A stretch of 64,000 bases of DNA from Coleofasciculus chthonoplastes F2-STO-03 (lineage in GTDB: Bacteria > Cyanobacteriota > Cyanobacteriia > Cyanobacteriales > Coleofasciculaceae), in assembly GCA_040222015.1 (NCBI GenBank), contig JAVJWO010000195.1, positions 32,001-96,000 of the forward strand, in the 5' to 3' direction. A program made the translations under genes and the position numbers. This document shows, one piece after another, positions 1 through 11,111 of the stretch (positions are counted from its first letter, which is position 1; every line of letters begins with the position of its first letter). The notes beneath the pieces are model-generated. The model was not told the DNA's origin. It saw nothing but the letters and a program-made list of their open reading frames with translations, and did not search any database.

Positions 1-607
1 GATCATCCAACTGAATCCCATCCACATCATATTGGCTGACTACTTCCTTAATTAGCTCAAGAATCAGCCTTTGTACCTCTGGATGCAACGGATTTAGCCA
101 TAAGAGTTGGGGATTCTCCGGATCAGATTTTTGAGTTAAACTCTGAGTTATCCAGGTGGGATGACGCCGCGCTAATTCCGAATAAATCGGTGTCATAAAT
201 CCATACTCAAACCACGGAATAACCCGTAACCCTTGGCGATGTCCCTGCTGTATAATATCTGCCAAGACATCTCCATTGAGGCGCATAATTGCCAGCAAAG
301 GTTCTTGTGTCGCCACCGCACTCGGATAAAACGTATGTCCCCGATTCCAAACCACCGGATAAACCGTGTTAAAGTTCAGTTTAGACAATTGCGCGATCGC
401 TCGGTTAATTCCCCACGGCGAAAATAATACACCACTGGCGACATTTGTCAACCAAACGCCTCTAATTTCTGTAATTTTTCTTGGCGTTTGGGAACGCGCC
501 AAAGATGGGGAAAATACAATCGATTTAGCAATCAGTAGGACAATAGTTAATAACAGCCCCAATACGAGAAAAACCCTGAATCTACGTTGACGTTTATCAT
601 TCGTCAT
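1..607 (-). CDS. Glycoside hydrolase family 10-like (DUF187) protein, runs off window start
   Basis: Hand translation from ATG at 607: MTNDKRQRRFRVFLVLGLLL...EIRGVWLTN...DGIQLDD. EIRGVW and DGIQxDD are typical GHL10/DUF187 motifs. Not in the ORF track because it has no stop in the window. Confidence 0.85.
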   Translation of the reverse strand, partial: MTNDKRQRRFRVFLVLGLLLTIVLLIAKSIVFSPSLARSQTPRKITEIRGVWLTNVASGVLFSPWGINRAIAQLSKLNFNTVYPVVWNRGHTFYPSAVATQEPLLAIMRLNGDVLADIIQQGHRQGLRVIPWFEYGFMTPIYSELARRHPTWITQSLTQKSDPENPQLLWLNPLHPEVQRLILELIKEVVSQYDVDGIQLDD

Positions 608-706
608 TCGTCATTTGTTTATGTCTTATGTCAATGCATTAACATTACATCCAGAAACCGTAGGGGCGCACGCTCCGTGCGCCCGATTCTAGGGTATCAA
701 TTTTCG

Positions 707-1606
707 TCACACAGCCGTTGAATAAACAAATTGGTTGTTGGCTGGAAATCCAACGCCTTGGTTACTGACTGGAAATCCTCCCCCATGACTCCCCTGCATC
801 TCGTTAATATCTAAACCATAGAGTTTTGCACCTTCCAAATTGGCATCTAGTAACTCAGTTTTTCTGAGAATTGCCCAGGTTAGATTTGCATTCTCCAGAT
901 TCGCATTCTCCAGATTCGCGCCCGTCAAATCTGCGCCTTGGAGATTTGCCCAATCCAGTTTAGCGGATTCTAAATTCGCCGCAATCAAACTTGCGCCTTC
1001 TAAATTCGCCCGACTCAATCTCGCGCCACTAAAATTAACCCCTTCTAAATCAGCGCCCGCTAAATCTAAATCTTTTAACCAGGCGTAGCTGAGATTGACA
1101 AAACTCAGTGCTGACCCATAAACCCTAGCACCAATCAGCCTTGCTTCCGATAAATTCGCCCATTTAAAATTCACGCCCGTTAAATTTGCATCCCGCAAAT
1201 TCACCCGTTCTAACTGCGCTCCGCAAAGATTTGCACCCCATAAGTTAGCCCGTCGGAGGTTTGTACCATTCAATATTGCTCCACTGAGTTTAGCACCGGT
1301 GAGCTTTGATTTGACCATAAAAGCACCACTCATATTCGCTTTAGTCAAATCAGCGTCAACCAGTTTGGCATCGCTCATTTTAACGTAATTAAGATTCGTC
1401 CAATTCATCTGAGCGCCACTCAAATCAGATTTGAGTAAAAATGCTCGCGTCAAATCAGCGCCTCTGAGATTCGCCCCCGTTAGGTTAACTCCGATTAACA
1501 TAACTCCCCTGAGGTTAACCCCACTGAGGTCAATCCCGGTGAATTCTCGATTTCCTTGTTCGTACAGTTTGAGAAGTTGTCTAACGTTCATAGCTACAAC
1601 GTCCAC
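707..1606 (-). CDS. Pentapeptide repeat protein
   Basis: Continuous A(N/D)LxG pentapeptide repeats after an N-terminal LLKLYEQGNREF cap. Confidence 0.95.
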   Translation of the reverse strand: MDVVAMNVRQLLKLYEQGNREFTGIDLSGVNLRGVMLIGVNLTGANLRGADLTRAFLLKSDLSGAQMNWTNLNYVKMSDAKLVDADLTKANMSGAFMVKSKLTGAKLSGAILNGTNLRRANLWGANLCGAQLERVNLRDANLTGVNFKWANLSEARLIGARVYGSALSFVNLSYAWLKDLDLAGADLEGVNFSGARLSRANLEGASLIAANLESAKLDWANLQGADLTGANLENANLENANLTWAILRKTELLDANLEGAKLYGLDINEMQGSHGGGFPVSNQGVGFPANNQFVYSTAV

Positions 1607-2018
1607 TAAGTATTTATGATTGGGGCAAAGTTGAATGGATTGATAATTTTAAGGGGATTCTCTTTCTACTTTAATCCTAATAGTTAATGAATAAACCTTC
1701 TTTGAAAAAATTTACGTTTATACCCAACGTCCTTAAACTGTAGTATAATCCATTCTTTATCTCTGAGTCAGTCAATCTGACTTTACTAATAAATATTATA
1801 CTGCTATGCGATTGCCATTTCGCCCAAATCGCTGCCTTCTTTATCAAGCTTAAAGAAAATGTTAAGTAACATTAAATATCCACACTGTACCCCTAATAAT
1901 TCAGATTACACTGAAATACTTGTCATACACCCTATAACATTTAAATTTGCCATTAATGGGTTGATATAGTGATGATTATAAAAAACTAGATAATTGTACG
2001 ACAAATGACGACTGATTT

Positions 2019-3164
2019 TTACGTCAGGGTGCGAATTTGACCCGCTTGAACAGAAAGAATTTGCGAGGAGTTCAACCACTGAGAATCAAATGCGCCTAAG
2101 TGAGTGGTTGTAATCAGGGTTTGAAACCGATCTTGAATCGCATCCAAAAGCTGATTTTGGCGGTTAGGATCAAGTTCTGCTAAAACATCATCCAGTAATA
2201 ACAGGGGCGGTTCACCCACAACTTCTTCTATTAGTTTTAACTCTGCCAATTTTAGTGCCAAAACCAACGTCCGTTGTTGTCCTTGAGAACCATAGGAACG
2301 GGCAGGTGTTTGGTTAATTGTAAATTCCACATCATCTCGGTGTGGACCAACCAGAGTTATCCCCTGACGCTGTTCGGGAAAACGACGATGGTGGAGTTTA
2401 TCTAAAAATGCCTGTTGAACAGCTTCTGGGTCATCCTTCTCTAGGTTGACATTTGGCGCGTAGGTCACTTCCAGTAACTCTGTTTTACCACTAATACTAC
2501 TATGCCAAGATTTAGCAAGTGGTGCTAATCGTTGCAACACTCTAGCACGACGCCGAGTCACACGCGACCCGGCTGTTGCCAGTTGTGCATCCCAAAGAGC
2601 CAGTTCTGTCTGGGGTTGTTTCGATACTACCCCCTCTGTCCTCTCTTCCTCCTGCTTCCGGATGGTTTTGAGCAAGGCGTTGCGCTGGCGCAAGACTTGA
2701 TTATATTGCTGCAAAATATAAGCATAAATCGGTTCAAGTTGGGTGAGAATAGAATCCAGCCAATTCCGGCGTCGTTCTGGACTTCCGCGCACTAAATCCA
2801 AATCCAGACTGGAAAACTGTACCGCATTCAAAATCCCCAAAAAATCAAGCTGGCGACGTAAGGATTCGCGATTTAGAGCAACAGTCCGACGTCCCTGACT
2901 GCGAAGCGTTAAACTTAGCTCAATAGAACCATAAGCCCGTTCCAAGATAGCCTGAATCTGACCCATAGAGGCATCCTCCAACACCAATTCGCGATCGCGT
3001 CCTGACCGATGAGTTTTCAGCGTTGAGAGTAATTCTACCGCTTCTAGCAGATTAGACTTTCCCTGAGCATTATTTCCCACCAAAATCGTTTTCGGTGCCT
3101 CAAAATTAACCAAGCAATCCCGATAATTCCGAAACTGGCGCAACTTTAAGCGTTTTAAGTACAT
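2019..3164 (-). CDS. recF: DNA replication/repair protein RecF
   Basis: FRNY, Walker A GNNAQGKSN, GPHRDD, SQGQQRT, LLLDDVLAELD. Confidence 0.98.
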   Translation of the reverse strand: MYLKRLKLRQFRNYRDCLVNFEAPKTILVGNNAQGKSNLLEAVELLSTLKTHRSGRDRELVLEDASMGQIQAILERAYGSIELSLTLRSQGRRTVALNRESLRRQLDFLGILNAVQFSSLDLDLVRGSPERRRNWLDSILTQLEPIYAYILQQYNQVLRQRNALLKTIRKQEEERTEGVVSKQPQTELALWDAQLATAGSRVTRRRARVLQRLAPLAKSWHSSISGKTELLEVTYAPNVNLEKDDPEAVQQAFLDKLHHRRFPEQRQGITLVGPHRDDVEFTINQTPARSYGSQGQQRTLVLALKLAELKLIEEVVGEPPLLLLDDVLAELDPNRQNQLLDAIQDRFQTLITTTHLGAFDSQWLNSSQILSVQAGQIRTLT

Positions 3165-3325
3165 TGGTCATTCGTCATTGGTCATTCGTCATTGGTCATT
3201 TGTCAGAGTTTGAGGACTATTTACGGTACGTAATACTTGGGGATTTATTTTCACAAACTAACTAAGTGTTAAATCACCTGATAACTCCCCCATCTACCGA
3301 TTCATGCCTAATGACAAATGAGAAA

Positions 3326-6169
3326 TTACCGATTTTTATACCAACGAATAAACAGTTTTTCCAACTCAACCCAAACAAACAATGACGTACTAAATCCTAA
3401 ACAAATCAGCAATTCAGTAAGCGTGAGCGGTTCTGTACCAAAGAAATTTTGTAAAAATGGCACATAAACCAATGCTAATTGTAAGATAGTCGTGACCGTG
3501 ACTGCCCAGATTAAATAGGGATTCGAGAACGGATTTATCTCAACAGTTAAACGAGTATTGGAACGAACCGCGATCGCGTGTCCCATCTGAGCCACACATA
3601 ATGTAGTAAAGACCATCGTTTTCCAGTGGAGTGGAAAATAGTCAAACGCCAACGCCATTAACGTAATCGTGACAATGGCGAAAATAATCCCAATGCGAAC
3701 CATATAGGCTCCTAATCCCCTAGCAAAAATACTCTCACGGGGACTAAAGGGAGGACGCTTCATTACATCCGGTTCAGCCGGTTCTACTGCTAAGGCTAGG
3801 GCGGGTAAACCGTCGGTAACTAAGTTCATCCAGAGAATTTGTAACGGCGACAGGGGAACATCCGGGAGTCCCATAATCGGTGCAGCGGCAATGGTTAACA
3901 CCTCACCAATATTACTGCCCAAGATATAGCGAATAAAGCGGCGGATATTATCATACACCGTGCGACCTTCTTCAGTCGCAGCAACAATCGTGGCAAAGTT
4001 ATCATCCAGCAGTACCATATCACTGGCTTCTTTACTCACATCGGTTCCGGTAATCCCCATGGCAATGCCGATATCTGCTTGTTTCAAGGCGGGAGCATCA
4101 TTCACCCCATCACCCGTCATTGCCACGAATTCACCTTGACGCTGAAGCCCTTGTACAATCCGCAGCTTATGTTCCGGAGAAACACGAGCATAAACGCTCA
4201 CCTCTTCCACCTGTTTGTCAAGATCAGATTGTCCAAGCTTTTGTAACTCCTGACCCGTGAGAACCCGATCATGTTGATCCGCAATACCCAAAGCATGAGC
4301 GATCGCGCGAGCCGTAAGCTGATGATCGCCTGTAATCATCACCGGGCGGATACCCGCATTCCGACAGCGGCGCACAGCATCCAAAACTTCTGGACGAGGG
4401 GCATCTAACATCCCCACCAGTCCTAACCACACTAATCCTTGCTCTGTCGCTTCATGCGCCTCTACCCCGTCATCAGGTGCAGCATCTAGAGGCTTATAGG
4501 CAAACCCCAAAACCCGCAATCCCGCCCCAGCCATTTGATTATTGTGCCGCAGAATTTCCGTTCGTTGCTCATCGGTCAACACCTCAGTGCGATCGCCCGC
4601 CTGCAAAGAATGGCAACGCTCCAAGACTAACTCAGGGGAACCCTTGGTAAACATCAGGTAGGTTCCTTGTCCATCATTGGTTACCCCTGAGCCATTTGAC
4701 CCTTGACATATTACACTCATGCGCTTCCGCTCTGAGGAAAAGGGAATTTCACCGACCCGAGGAAACTGACGCCGCAACGGTTCTTTATCCACACCGCCTT
4801 TACCGGCGAGGGTAATTAATGCTCCTTCAGTGGGGTCTCCTAAAATTAACCAATCCTCCTGTTCATACTGCAAGACGGCATCATTACAGAGGGCACACCC
4901 TTGAAGTAAGACCTGTAATTCGGGATACTCTTGGGCAGAAACCCCTGTCTCGGCGATGAGAAACTCCCCGTTAGGCGCATAGCCTTCGCCCGTAACTTGG
5001 AACGTGTGGTGGGGCGTGATTACCCATTGCACGACCATCTTATTTTGAGTCAGAGTCCCAGTTTTATCTGAACAGATCGTCGTCACACTGCCTAAGGTTT
5101 CCACAGCCGGAAGTTTCCGGATCAGAGCATGGCGACGCACCATGCGTTGAGTTCCCAGTGCCAAGGTTACAGTAATCACCGCAGGTAAGCCTTCTGGCAC
5201 TACCGCTACCGCCATACTGAGAGACACTTCCACCAGTTGTTGCAGAACACCTAAATCGCCGCCACTTTTAATCAAGCCACCAACAACAACCAGCACCACC
5301 AGGATCAGAGAACCACTGACTAAGACATTCCCCAATTGGGTCATCCGCTGTTGCAGGGGTGTCGGTTCACTTTCCACCCCTTGCAACATTTCGGCGATGC
5401 GTCCCAATTCCGTCTTCATCCCTGTGGCTGCAACCAGGACGGTTCCTCGACCTTGAACCACTTCAGTTCCCTGAAACACTAAATTAATGCGATCGCCTAA
5501 GGGGGTATCCTCAGCTAAGGTGACAGCGGCCTCCTTATTCACCGCGTTCGCTTCTCCAGTTAACGCGGATTCCCGGATCTGGAGGTTTGATTCCTCAATT
5601 AACCGTCCATCTGCCGCAACTTGCACACCTGCTTCTAGGAGCATAATGTCTCCAGGGACAAGCTGTTTGCTATCCACCTCCATAGGTTTACCCTCGCGGA
5701 GGACACGGACTTTAGGAGAGGCGAGGTTTTTCAGGGCGGCGAGGGCTTTTTCAGCACGACTTTCTTGGAGATAGCCCAAGACACCGTTAAGAATAACGAT
5801 TAATAGAATCGCGATCGTATCCTTAAACGGAACTTGACCCGCCTCTAACCCGCCTTGTCGCCAATCGATCAGGTCGATGACTCCGGAGATGATTGCCACC
5901 ACAATCAGCATGATTAGCATGATATTGGTGAACTGCTCCAGAAGAATCGCCCAAGAACTGCGACCAGCAGTTTCTTCGAGTTCATTCAATCCGTAGTATT
6001 GCGATCGCAGGCTGATTTGTTCAGAGTTCAAACCCGTCTGCGAATTGCTCTCCAGTTGAGCAAGCGACTCGTCTATGGATTGGGTATGCCATGCATTTAA
6101 AGGATCAGGCAGCGAATGGGAAGGATGAGATGAAGTCACGGGGCAGGTTTGCATAAACACGATACCCAA
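3326..6169 (-). CDS. Cation-transporting P-type ATPase (P2A, Ca2+-ATPase/PacL-like)
   Basis: [27 protein letters not shown] motifs; the start may be the ATG at 6154. Confidence 0.95.
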   Translation of the reverse strand: MGIVFMQTCPVTSSHPSHSLPDPLNAWHTQSIDESLAQLESNSQTGLNSEQISLRSQYYGLNELEETAGRSSWAILLEQFTNIMLIMLIVVAIISGVIDLIDWRQGGLEAGQVPFKDTIAILLIVILNGVLGYLQESRAEKALAALKNLASPKVRVLREGKPMEVDSKQLVPGDIMLLEAGVQVAADGRLIEESNLQIRESALTGEANAVNKEAAVTLAEDTPLGDRINLVFQGTEVVQGRGTVLVAATGMKTELGRIAEMLQGVESEPTPLQQRMTQLGNVLVSGSLILVVLVVVGGLIKSGGDLGVLQQLVEVSLSMAVAVVPEGLPAVITVTLALGTQRMVRRHALIRKLPAVETLGSVTTICSDKTGTLTQNKMVVQWVITPHHTFQVTGEGYAPNGEFLIAETGVSAQEYPELQVLLQGCALCNDAVLQYEQEDWLILGDPTEGALITLAGKGGVDKEPLRRQFPRVGEIPFSSERKRMSVICQGSNGSGVTNDGQGTYLMFTKGSPELVLERCHSLQAGDRTEVLTDEQRTEILRHNNQMAGAGLRVLGFAYKPLDAAPDDGVEAHEATEQGLVWLGLVGMLDAPRPEVLDAVRRCRNAGIRPVMITGDHQLTARAIAHALGIADQHDRVLTGQELQKLGQSDLDKQVEEVSVYARVSPEHKLRIVQGLQRQGEFVAMTGDGVNDAPALKQADIGIAMGITGTDVSKEASDMVLLDDNFATIVAATEEGRTVYDNIRRFIRYILGSNIGEVLTIAAAPIMGLPDVPLSPLQILWMNLVTDGLPALALAVEPAEPDVMKRPPFSPRESIFARGLGAYMVRIGIIFAIVTITLMALAFDYFPLHWKTMVFTTLCVAQMGHAIAVRSNTRLTVEINPFSNPYLIWAVTVTTILQLALVYVPFLQNFFGTEPLTLTELLICLGFSTSLFVWVELEKLFIRWYKNR

Positions 6170-6303
6170 TCAATCATAGTCTTTTCAGACAACAACTGTA
6201 ATTTGTCATTGGTCTTATGTCATTCGTCATTGGTCATTCGTCAGGGAACAGTGAACAGGATCAGGTAGTAGAGACGTAGCATGCTACGTCTCTACACCCC
6301 CGC

Positions 6304-8466
6304 TTAAAACTGATAACGAACTGAAAAGTGAAATCCTTCATCTTGAGCATTCTGACCTTGATCCTCCAGTTCCACTAAGGGTAAACCATAGTCAAGGCGC
6401 AAATCTAATCCAGGTAGCGGTTGCCAAAGTATTCCTATACCCAGACTGGCTAAAAACTGCTCTTGAGGCAGAGGGTTCTGATTATCGGGATTATTCCACA
6501 CCCAACCCGCATCAAAAAATGGCGCAATTTGAAACGTTGACGCACCGGATGCATTTTTCTCTAAGGTGATCCGGTCTTCTAAGAACAATCGCACCCCGTT
6601 ATCTCCAATTCGAGCATTCTGTCGATAGCCTCGCACGGATTGAGCGCCACCAATAACAAATTGCTGAGACGGCAAAAGAGTATTGGGAGTCAGTTGAATG
6701 TCAGCCCCCATAATTAAAAAATGACCATCACTGAAAATTTGAACTCGTTGGATCTGACCCAGCCAGGTCAAAAAACGTCCATCCGGATCAGGATCGGGAT
6801 TAACAGTCGCATCCAACCACCCTGTACCCAGACTAAAGAGCGATCGCACTGACCACGCTCCCCTGGAATCACGACGTAGGTAGTCTTGTCCAAATTGAAT
6901 TACACTGGTGCGCGTTATCCCGTCAATATCAGCACCAGGACTTAAAGGGGCAGGCATATCCAAAAAAAATGTCTGACTGTTCCTAAAACTAAAAGCTAGG
7001 GATAGGGAGAATTCTTCACGGGAGGTGCGAATTAAGGGTTGACTAAAACTAATCTCATACTGTTCTGATTCCCCCTCAATCCCGAATTGAGCAAAGGGTT
7101 CGGCTGTGACTTGATTGCGATCAACGCTGGCTTGCACTTGCAGGGTGCCATTTTTCGGATTCAGGGGAAGGCGATAGCCCATGTTGATCACCTTTGAACC
7201 GCTCGTGGTGGAATAGGAGTAACTAGCGGTTAGTTCATCCCCATACCCGGTCAGATTACGATAGCGTCCATTTACGCCCAATCGTTCTGAACCTACACTC
7301 GGCGGTGAATAGTTATCGGTGGTAAGACTACTTTCAAAGGGATTGGCTTCAACAACACGAATAATTAAATTGCTCTTTCCCGATTGACTACCCGCGCGAA
7401 GACTAGCTTCTACGGATTCAAATAAGGGATTCGCCCGCAGTAGCCGCAATTTATCTTCCAAGCGAGCGGTATTTAAGGGGGTGCTGACACCAAGCTGAAT
7501 CCGATTCCGGATGTAACTGGGTTTAAGGCGACGAATTCCCTCAATTTTAATCTCCTCCAGACTCCCTTCTAGGACAAAAATCTCTACGACACCATCAGTA
7601 ATCACCTGGTCTACTAGAATGGCTCTTGAGGTGATGTAACCACGATTTAAATAGAGTTGAGTGATGGCATCAGCAGCCTCTTGCAATTGTTGTAGGGTAA
7701 CCGCTTCTCCTTCCAAGGGTTGGACAATGGGATTGAAGTCATCGAGTTCAAAGATGGTGCTACCTGTGACATTGATTTTCTCGATTTGAATAGTCTCCAC
7801 GTTAGAATTTGTGGGACGAGAGGGAGTGGGTTCGGGTTGGGTCAACGGTGGGGACTCATCAGGACGTAAGGGTTCAGGACTAGGCGTGGGTTGAGGAAAA
7901 CGATCGTCTGGACTGGGTTGGATGGTTTCGGGGTTGGGAATCGTGGACGGGGTTTGTGCGATCGGAACCTCATCCAGGTAAGCGTGATCTGGGGTAAAAA
8001 TAGGGTCGAGTTTGGAGTGAGACGCTTCTGGATCAAAAGAGCGATCGCAAGATTCGAGTTCAGCACGATTGGGCTGCTCTCTACAGGCTTCCTCAGCTTC
8101 TCTCTCCCCGTACTGGAGATCCTTAGTTAGCTCCTGTTCGTTTAAAGCGTGATTATCTCCGTCTACTCTGCCATTTAACTCTTGTCCTGGGAGCCAGTCC
8201 TCCTCTGTCCTAAAGTCATTTTCTGCCTTCTGAGAGCCTTCTACCTTCTGAGAGCCTTCTACCTGCTGAGATTGCTGGTGAGAGAGTTCCATAAGATTAG
8301 GGAAATGAACAGGGTTTTGGCTCACTTGTGACACAGACATTGGAGTTGTACCCAGCGCCGTTGGTGCATTTAAACCCATAATACCCACCCAAACAGGTGT
8401 CAGTTGTCCCAGAATTTGCCTCTTCAAAAAAATATGCACTAAAAGCTTACTCCCCGACTCTTTCAT
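6304..8466 (-). CDS. ShlB/FhaC/HecB family two-partner-secretion outer membrane protein with long N-terminal extension
   Basis: POTRA-like ITQLYLNRGYITSRA, VRGY motif, C-terminal beta strand ending RYQF. Confidence 0.92.
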   Translation of the reverse strand: MKESGSKLLVHIFLKRQILGQLTPVWVGIMGLNAPTALGTTPMSVSQVSQNPVHFPNLMELSHQQSQQVEGSQKVEGSQKAENDFRTEEDWLPGQELNGRVDGDNHALNEQELTKDLQYGEREAEEACREQPNRAELESCDRSFDPEASHSKLDPIFTPDHAYLDEVPIAQTPSTIPNPETIQPSPDDRFPQPTPSPEPLRPDESPPLTQPEPTPSRPTNSNVETIQIEKINVTGSTIFELDDFNPIVQPLEGEAVTLQQLQEAADAITQLYLNRGYITSRAILVDQVITDGVVEIFVLEGSLEEIKIEGIRRLKPSYIRNRIQLGVSTPLNTARLEDKLRLLRANPLFESVEASLRAGSQSGKSNLIIRVVEANPFESSLTTDNYSPPSVGSERLGVNGRYRNLTGYGDELTASYSYSTTSGSKVINMGYRLPLNPKNGTLQVQASVDRNQVTAEPFAQFGIEGESEQYEISFSQPLIRTSREEFSLSLAFSFRNSQTFFLDMPAPLSPGADIDGITRTSVIQFGQDYLRRDSRGAWSVRSLFSLGTGWLDATVNPDPDPDGRFLTWLGQIQRVQIFSDGHFLIMGADIQLTPNTLLPSQQFVIGGAQSVRGYRQNARIGDNGVRLFLEDRITLEKNASGASTFQIAPFFDAGWVWNNPDNQNPLPQEQFLASLGIGILWQPLPGLDLRLDYGLPLVELEDQGQNAQDEGFHFSVRYQF

Positions 8467-8794
8467 CGTTGAGCGCCCCCAGCGACTAATTGTTCTGGAA
8501 TAACTGCCGTTACATAAAACTTAATGTGATATTTTTATCATACAGCACACCATCTTGTCTTTCAGGAAAAAATAAGTTCAAAACATTTTTCCTCCAAATA
8601 TCTAGAAATTACCTGTGAATCAGGCTCTAAGTTTCTTATCCCACCACTCTCAGTTGAGGTGTTTCCACTTGCCACGTCCCTGATTCTACCTGTTGAACCG
8701 CCGTGGAATTAAAAAGTTCTGCCAGCTTGACAGTAATTTCTTCGGGTTTCATCTTGTTTTTTCCAGATATAGCAAGTCGCTAGGCGTGTATTTA

Positions 8795-8896
8795 TAGCAA
8801 CCGCCATGGCTGTTAGGACACATCATTTATGTAGAGACCAAACATGGACGGTCTCTACAATGGTGCCGAACGTCCTAATCGATGTGTCTATTGCTA
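8795..8896. mobile_element. MITE-like element carrying an internal GTAG palindrome
   Basis: Ends ATAGCAA..TTAGGAC / GTCCTAA..TTGCTAT enclose GTAGAGACC..GGTCTCTAC (8831-8858). Confidence 0.5.
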
Positions 8897-8984
8897 TACA
8901 ACTCTCGTAGCTGAAACTTAGTCCAGGTAAGATGTTTCTGAATCCAAAGTGTAAATAGATCAGCGCGAAGCGCTATAATTTCGT

Positions 8985-9014
8985 AAAAAAATCCCCCGAC
9001 AGTTATCAGGGGAC
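8985..9014 (-). terminator. Probable intrinsic terminator downstream of the DUF4912 gene
   Basis: Minus strand reads TCCCCTGATA-AC-TGTCGGGGGA followed by a T run. Confidence 0.55.
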
Positions 9015-9106
9015 ACTTCTAGAAGTATGAAAGATTCGGGATCAAGTGTGAAGGGGCAAGATTGACGATAGTTCTTGGTTATCCTTTGTCCTTCACACTT
9101 TAATCG

Positions 9107-10375
9107 TTAGAGCCATTCGGGAACAGCTTCTTCTTTGGTGTTGGTGTTGCGTGAGGGCGTCTCGCGGGTAAATTTCATCTGAATCGAGCGAGTTTGTTCG
9201 CCATCTGCTGCTACTGCCATAATCGGGTAGTCGATCAAACCATCTTGGAAGGACATCTGGAAGCGGAAGGTTCCGTCTGGATTCAGTTTAATTGGACGCC
9301 CACCAATGGTTACGGTGGCATCGGGTTCGGTTGCCCCGTAGACAATCAATTCAGCATCGGCAACCAACCAGAACTGACGAGGACGAATCGGTGGCATAGA
9401 AGCCGACATCCCCATCCCGACTCCGGACATGCCAACACCGGACATGGTTAAGCCAGACATGGTGGGTACAGCCCACATCCCTGCCCCAGAGGGGAAGATG
9501 TAGGAACTGACGGATTGAGACGGAGCCATCGATCCGGGAACATGCTGCATTGAACCGTACATAGAACCCGCGACGCGCTGAGCTTCGGCAGATTTTGCCA
9601 TGCCAAAGATTTCGTCGTAGATGGGGTTCTCGGTATGTGCGGTATCTGCGGTAACAGGTTGGCGCTTTCTGGGAGGAACCAACTCGTATAAGGTTTTGCC
9701 TTGGAGTTCTTCATCCCAATTAACGGTGATGAATTGGTCTTCAATCCAGTCGCTGGGATAAACCGGGGGAACATGGACGGGTGTAGAACGGGCTAGGATT
9801 AACCAACGACCATCGGCACAACGATAACCGATATCCACTACGTAGTCGCGATCGCTAACGGGTAGAGGTAAGTACCATTCTCTTGCTAGTTCGTCACAGG
9901 GATATTCCTGAATGCTATGGGCGCTTTGGTATTCCAGGTTAATATCGGTGACATCATAAATCCGCAGCGCTAATTGCTGTCCTCCCTGACGCCGCAGCTC
10001 TTCCTTGTGTTCGTTAGGAATATCCCAGTAGGTATACGCCCATTGGGGATCGCGGGGCATGAGTACGATCCGACTTTCACCATAACCAGAGGGTAAATCT
10101 GGTAATCCTTCGTCTACAGATGCTAGATCACCACCGGTGCGATCGTCTTGACCGAGTTCAAATTTAGATGCTTCCACTTCTGGTTGTGCCTCCACTGTGC
10201 TAGTTGGACTGATTGAGATTTTGGTATGTTGGACTTTTTGAATTTCTGCCAGTAACTGTGCTTTACGCATCCGGCTATACCGTGAGATGCCGTACTCACT
10301 GGCAACTCTACGCAGTTGCCGTAAGGTCATCTCTTCTAAAGGTGGGCGTTCTTTTGCCATGAATATGCTCTCCAA
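9107..10375 (-). CDS. DUF4912 domain protein with N-terminal Rho-N-like domain
   Basis: LEEMTLRQLRRVA...MRKAQLLAEI (Rho_N-like); LPSGYGESRIVLMPRDPQWAYTYWD (DUF4912); C-terminal FWLVADAELIVYGATEPDA; probable start MAKERP at 10360. Confidence 0.88.
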   Translation of the reverse strand: MESIFMAKERPPLEEMTLRQLRRVASEYGISRYSRMRKAQLLAEIQKVQHTKISISPTSTVEAQPEVEASKFELGQDDRTGGDLASVDEGLPDLPSGYGESRIVLMPRDPQWAYTYWDIPNEHKEELRRQGGQQLALRIYDVTDINLEYQSAHSIQEYPCDELAREWYLPLPVSDRDYVVDIGYRCADGRWLILARSTPVHVPPVYPSDWIEDQFITVNWDEELQGKTLYELVPPRKRQPVTADTAHTENPIYDEIFGMAKSAEAQRVAGSMYGSMQHVPGSMAPSQSVSSYIFPSGAGMWAVPTMSGLTMSGVGMSGVGMGMSASMPPIRPRQFWLVADAELIVYGATEPDATVTIGGRPIKLNPDGTFRFQMSFQDGLIDYPIMAVAADGEQTRSIQMKFTRETPSRNTNTKEEAVPEWL

Positions 10376-10788
10376 TTGTTAGGTCGGTAGGTTGTATCTC
10401 TCCTGGTGAATCAAAAGATGGGGATCATAATTTAACAACATCACATTTGATAAAGGTTAATGATTCCTACCGCCTTGGAGTAAGTCAGTCTCGGTGACGC
10501 ATTGCATTCGTCTTTCGTTTGGGCAGGTACAAACTCACGCACGACTTACTGTTTAGGCTGACGTTGGGGATTTCTCCCGATAACACTTAGGTTTCTCCAG
10601 TCAGGATCACAGAAATACTCATAATCAGTATTTCTTTGGGATCGCTTTATTTATCTATGTACCAGAAATGCCTTAGGTATGGTCAAGGGGATCAAGACGC
10701 CAATTTTCACGAATTGACGAATTTACAAGCTTATCGGGGATCGCAATGTCATGAAATCATGACATTTTGACGACAAGGGGATCGCTTA

Positions 10789-11110
10789 GGGGAGCAGGGG
10801 GAGCAGAGGGAGCGGGGGGAGCAGAGGGAGCGGGGGGAGCTGGGGGAGCAGAGGGAGCGGGGGGAGCTGGGGAAGATGAGGGAGATGGGGAAGATGAGGG
10901 AGATAGAGGAGTCATGTTCCAGGCGTGATTACAGAAGCATCTGTCTGTAGGGGCGGGTTTAGGGACTAATATTGATTGTTATCCCTAGCTTGGCAGCAAA
11001 ACCCGCCCCGACCAAATGACAAATGACAAATGACAAATGACAAATGACAAATGACAAATGACAAATGACAAATGACAAATGACGAATGACGAATGACAAA
11101 TGACGAATAA
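10789..11110 (+). repeat. Composite repeat: purine 9-mer array, GTAGGGGCGGGTTT hairpin element, TGACAAA/TGACGAA heptamer (STRR) array
   Basis: GGGGAGCAG/GGGGAAGAT units 10789-10910; inverted repeat 10947-11012; heptamers 11013-11110. Confidence 0.9.
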
Positions 11111-11111
11111 C

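Noticed and set aside
233..590. Two plus-strand ORFs
   Set aside because: They overlap the GH10-like gene on the minus strand
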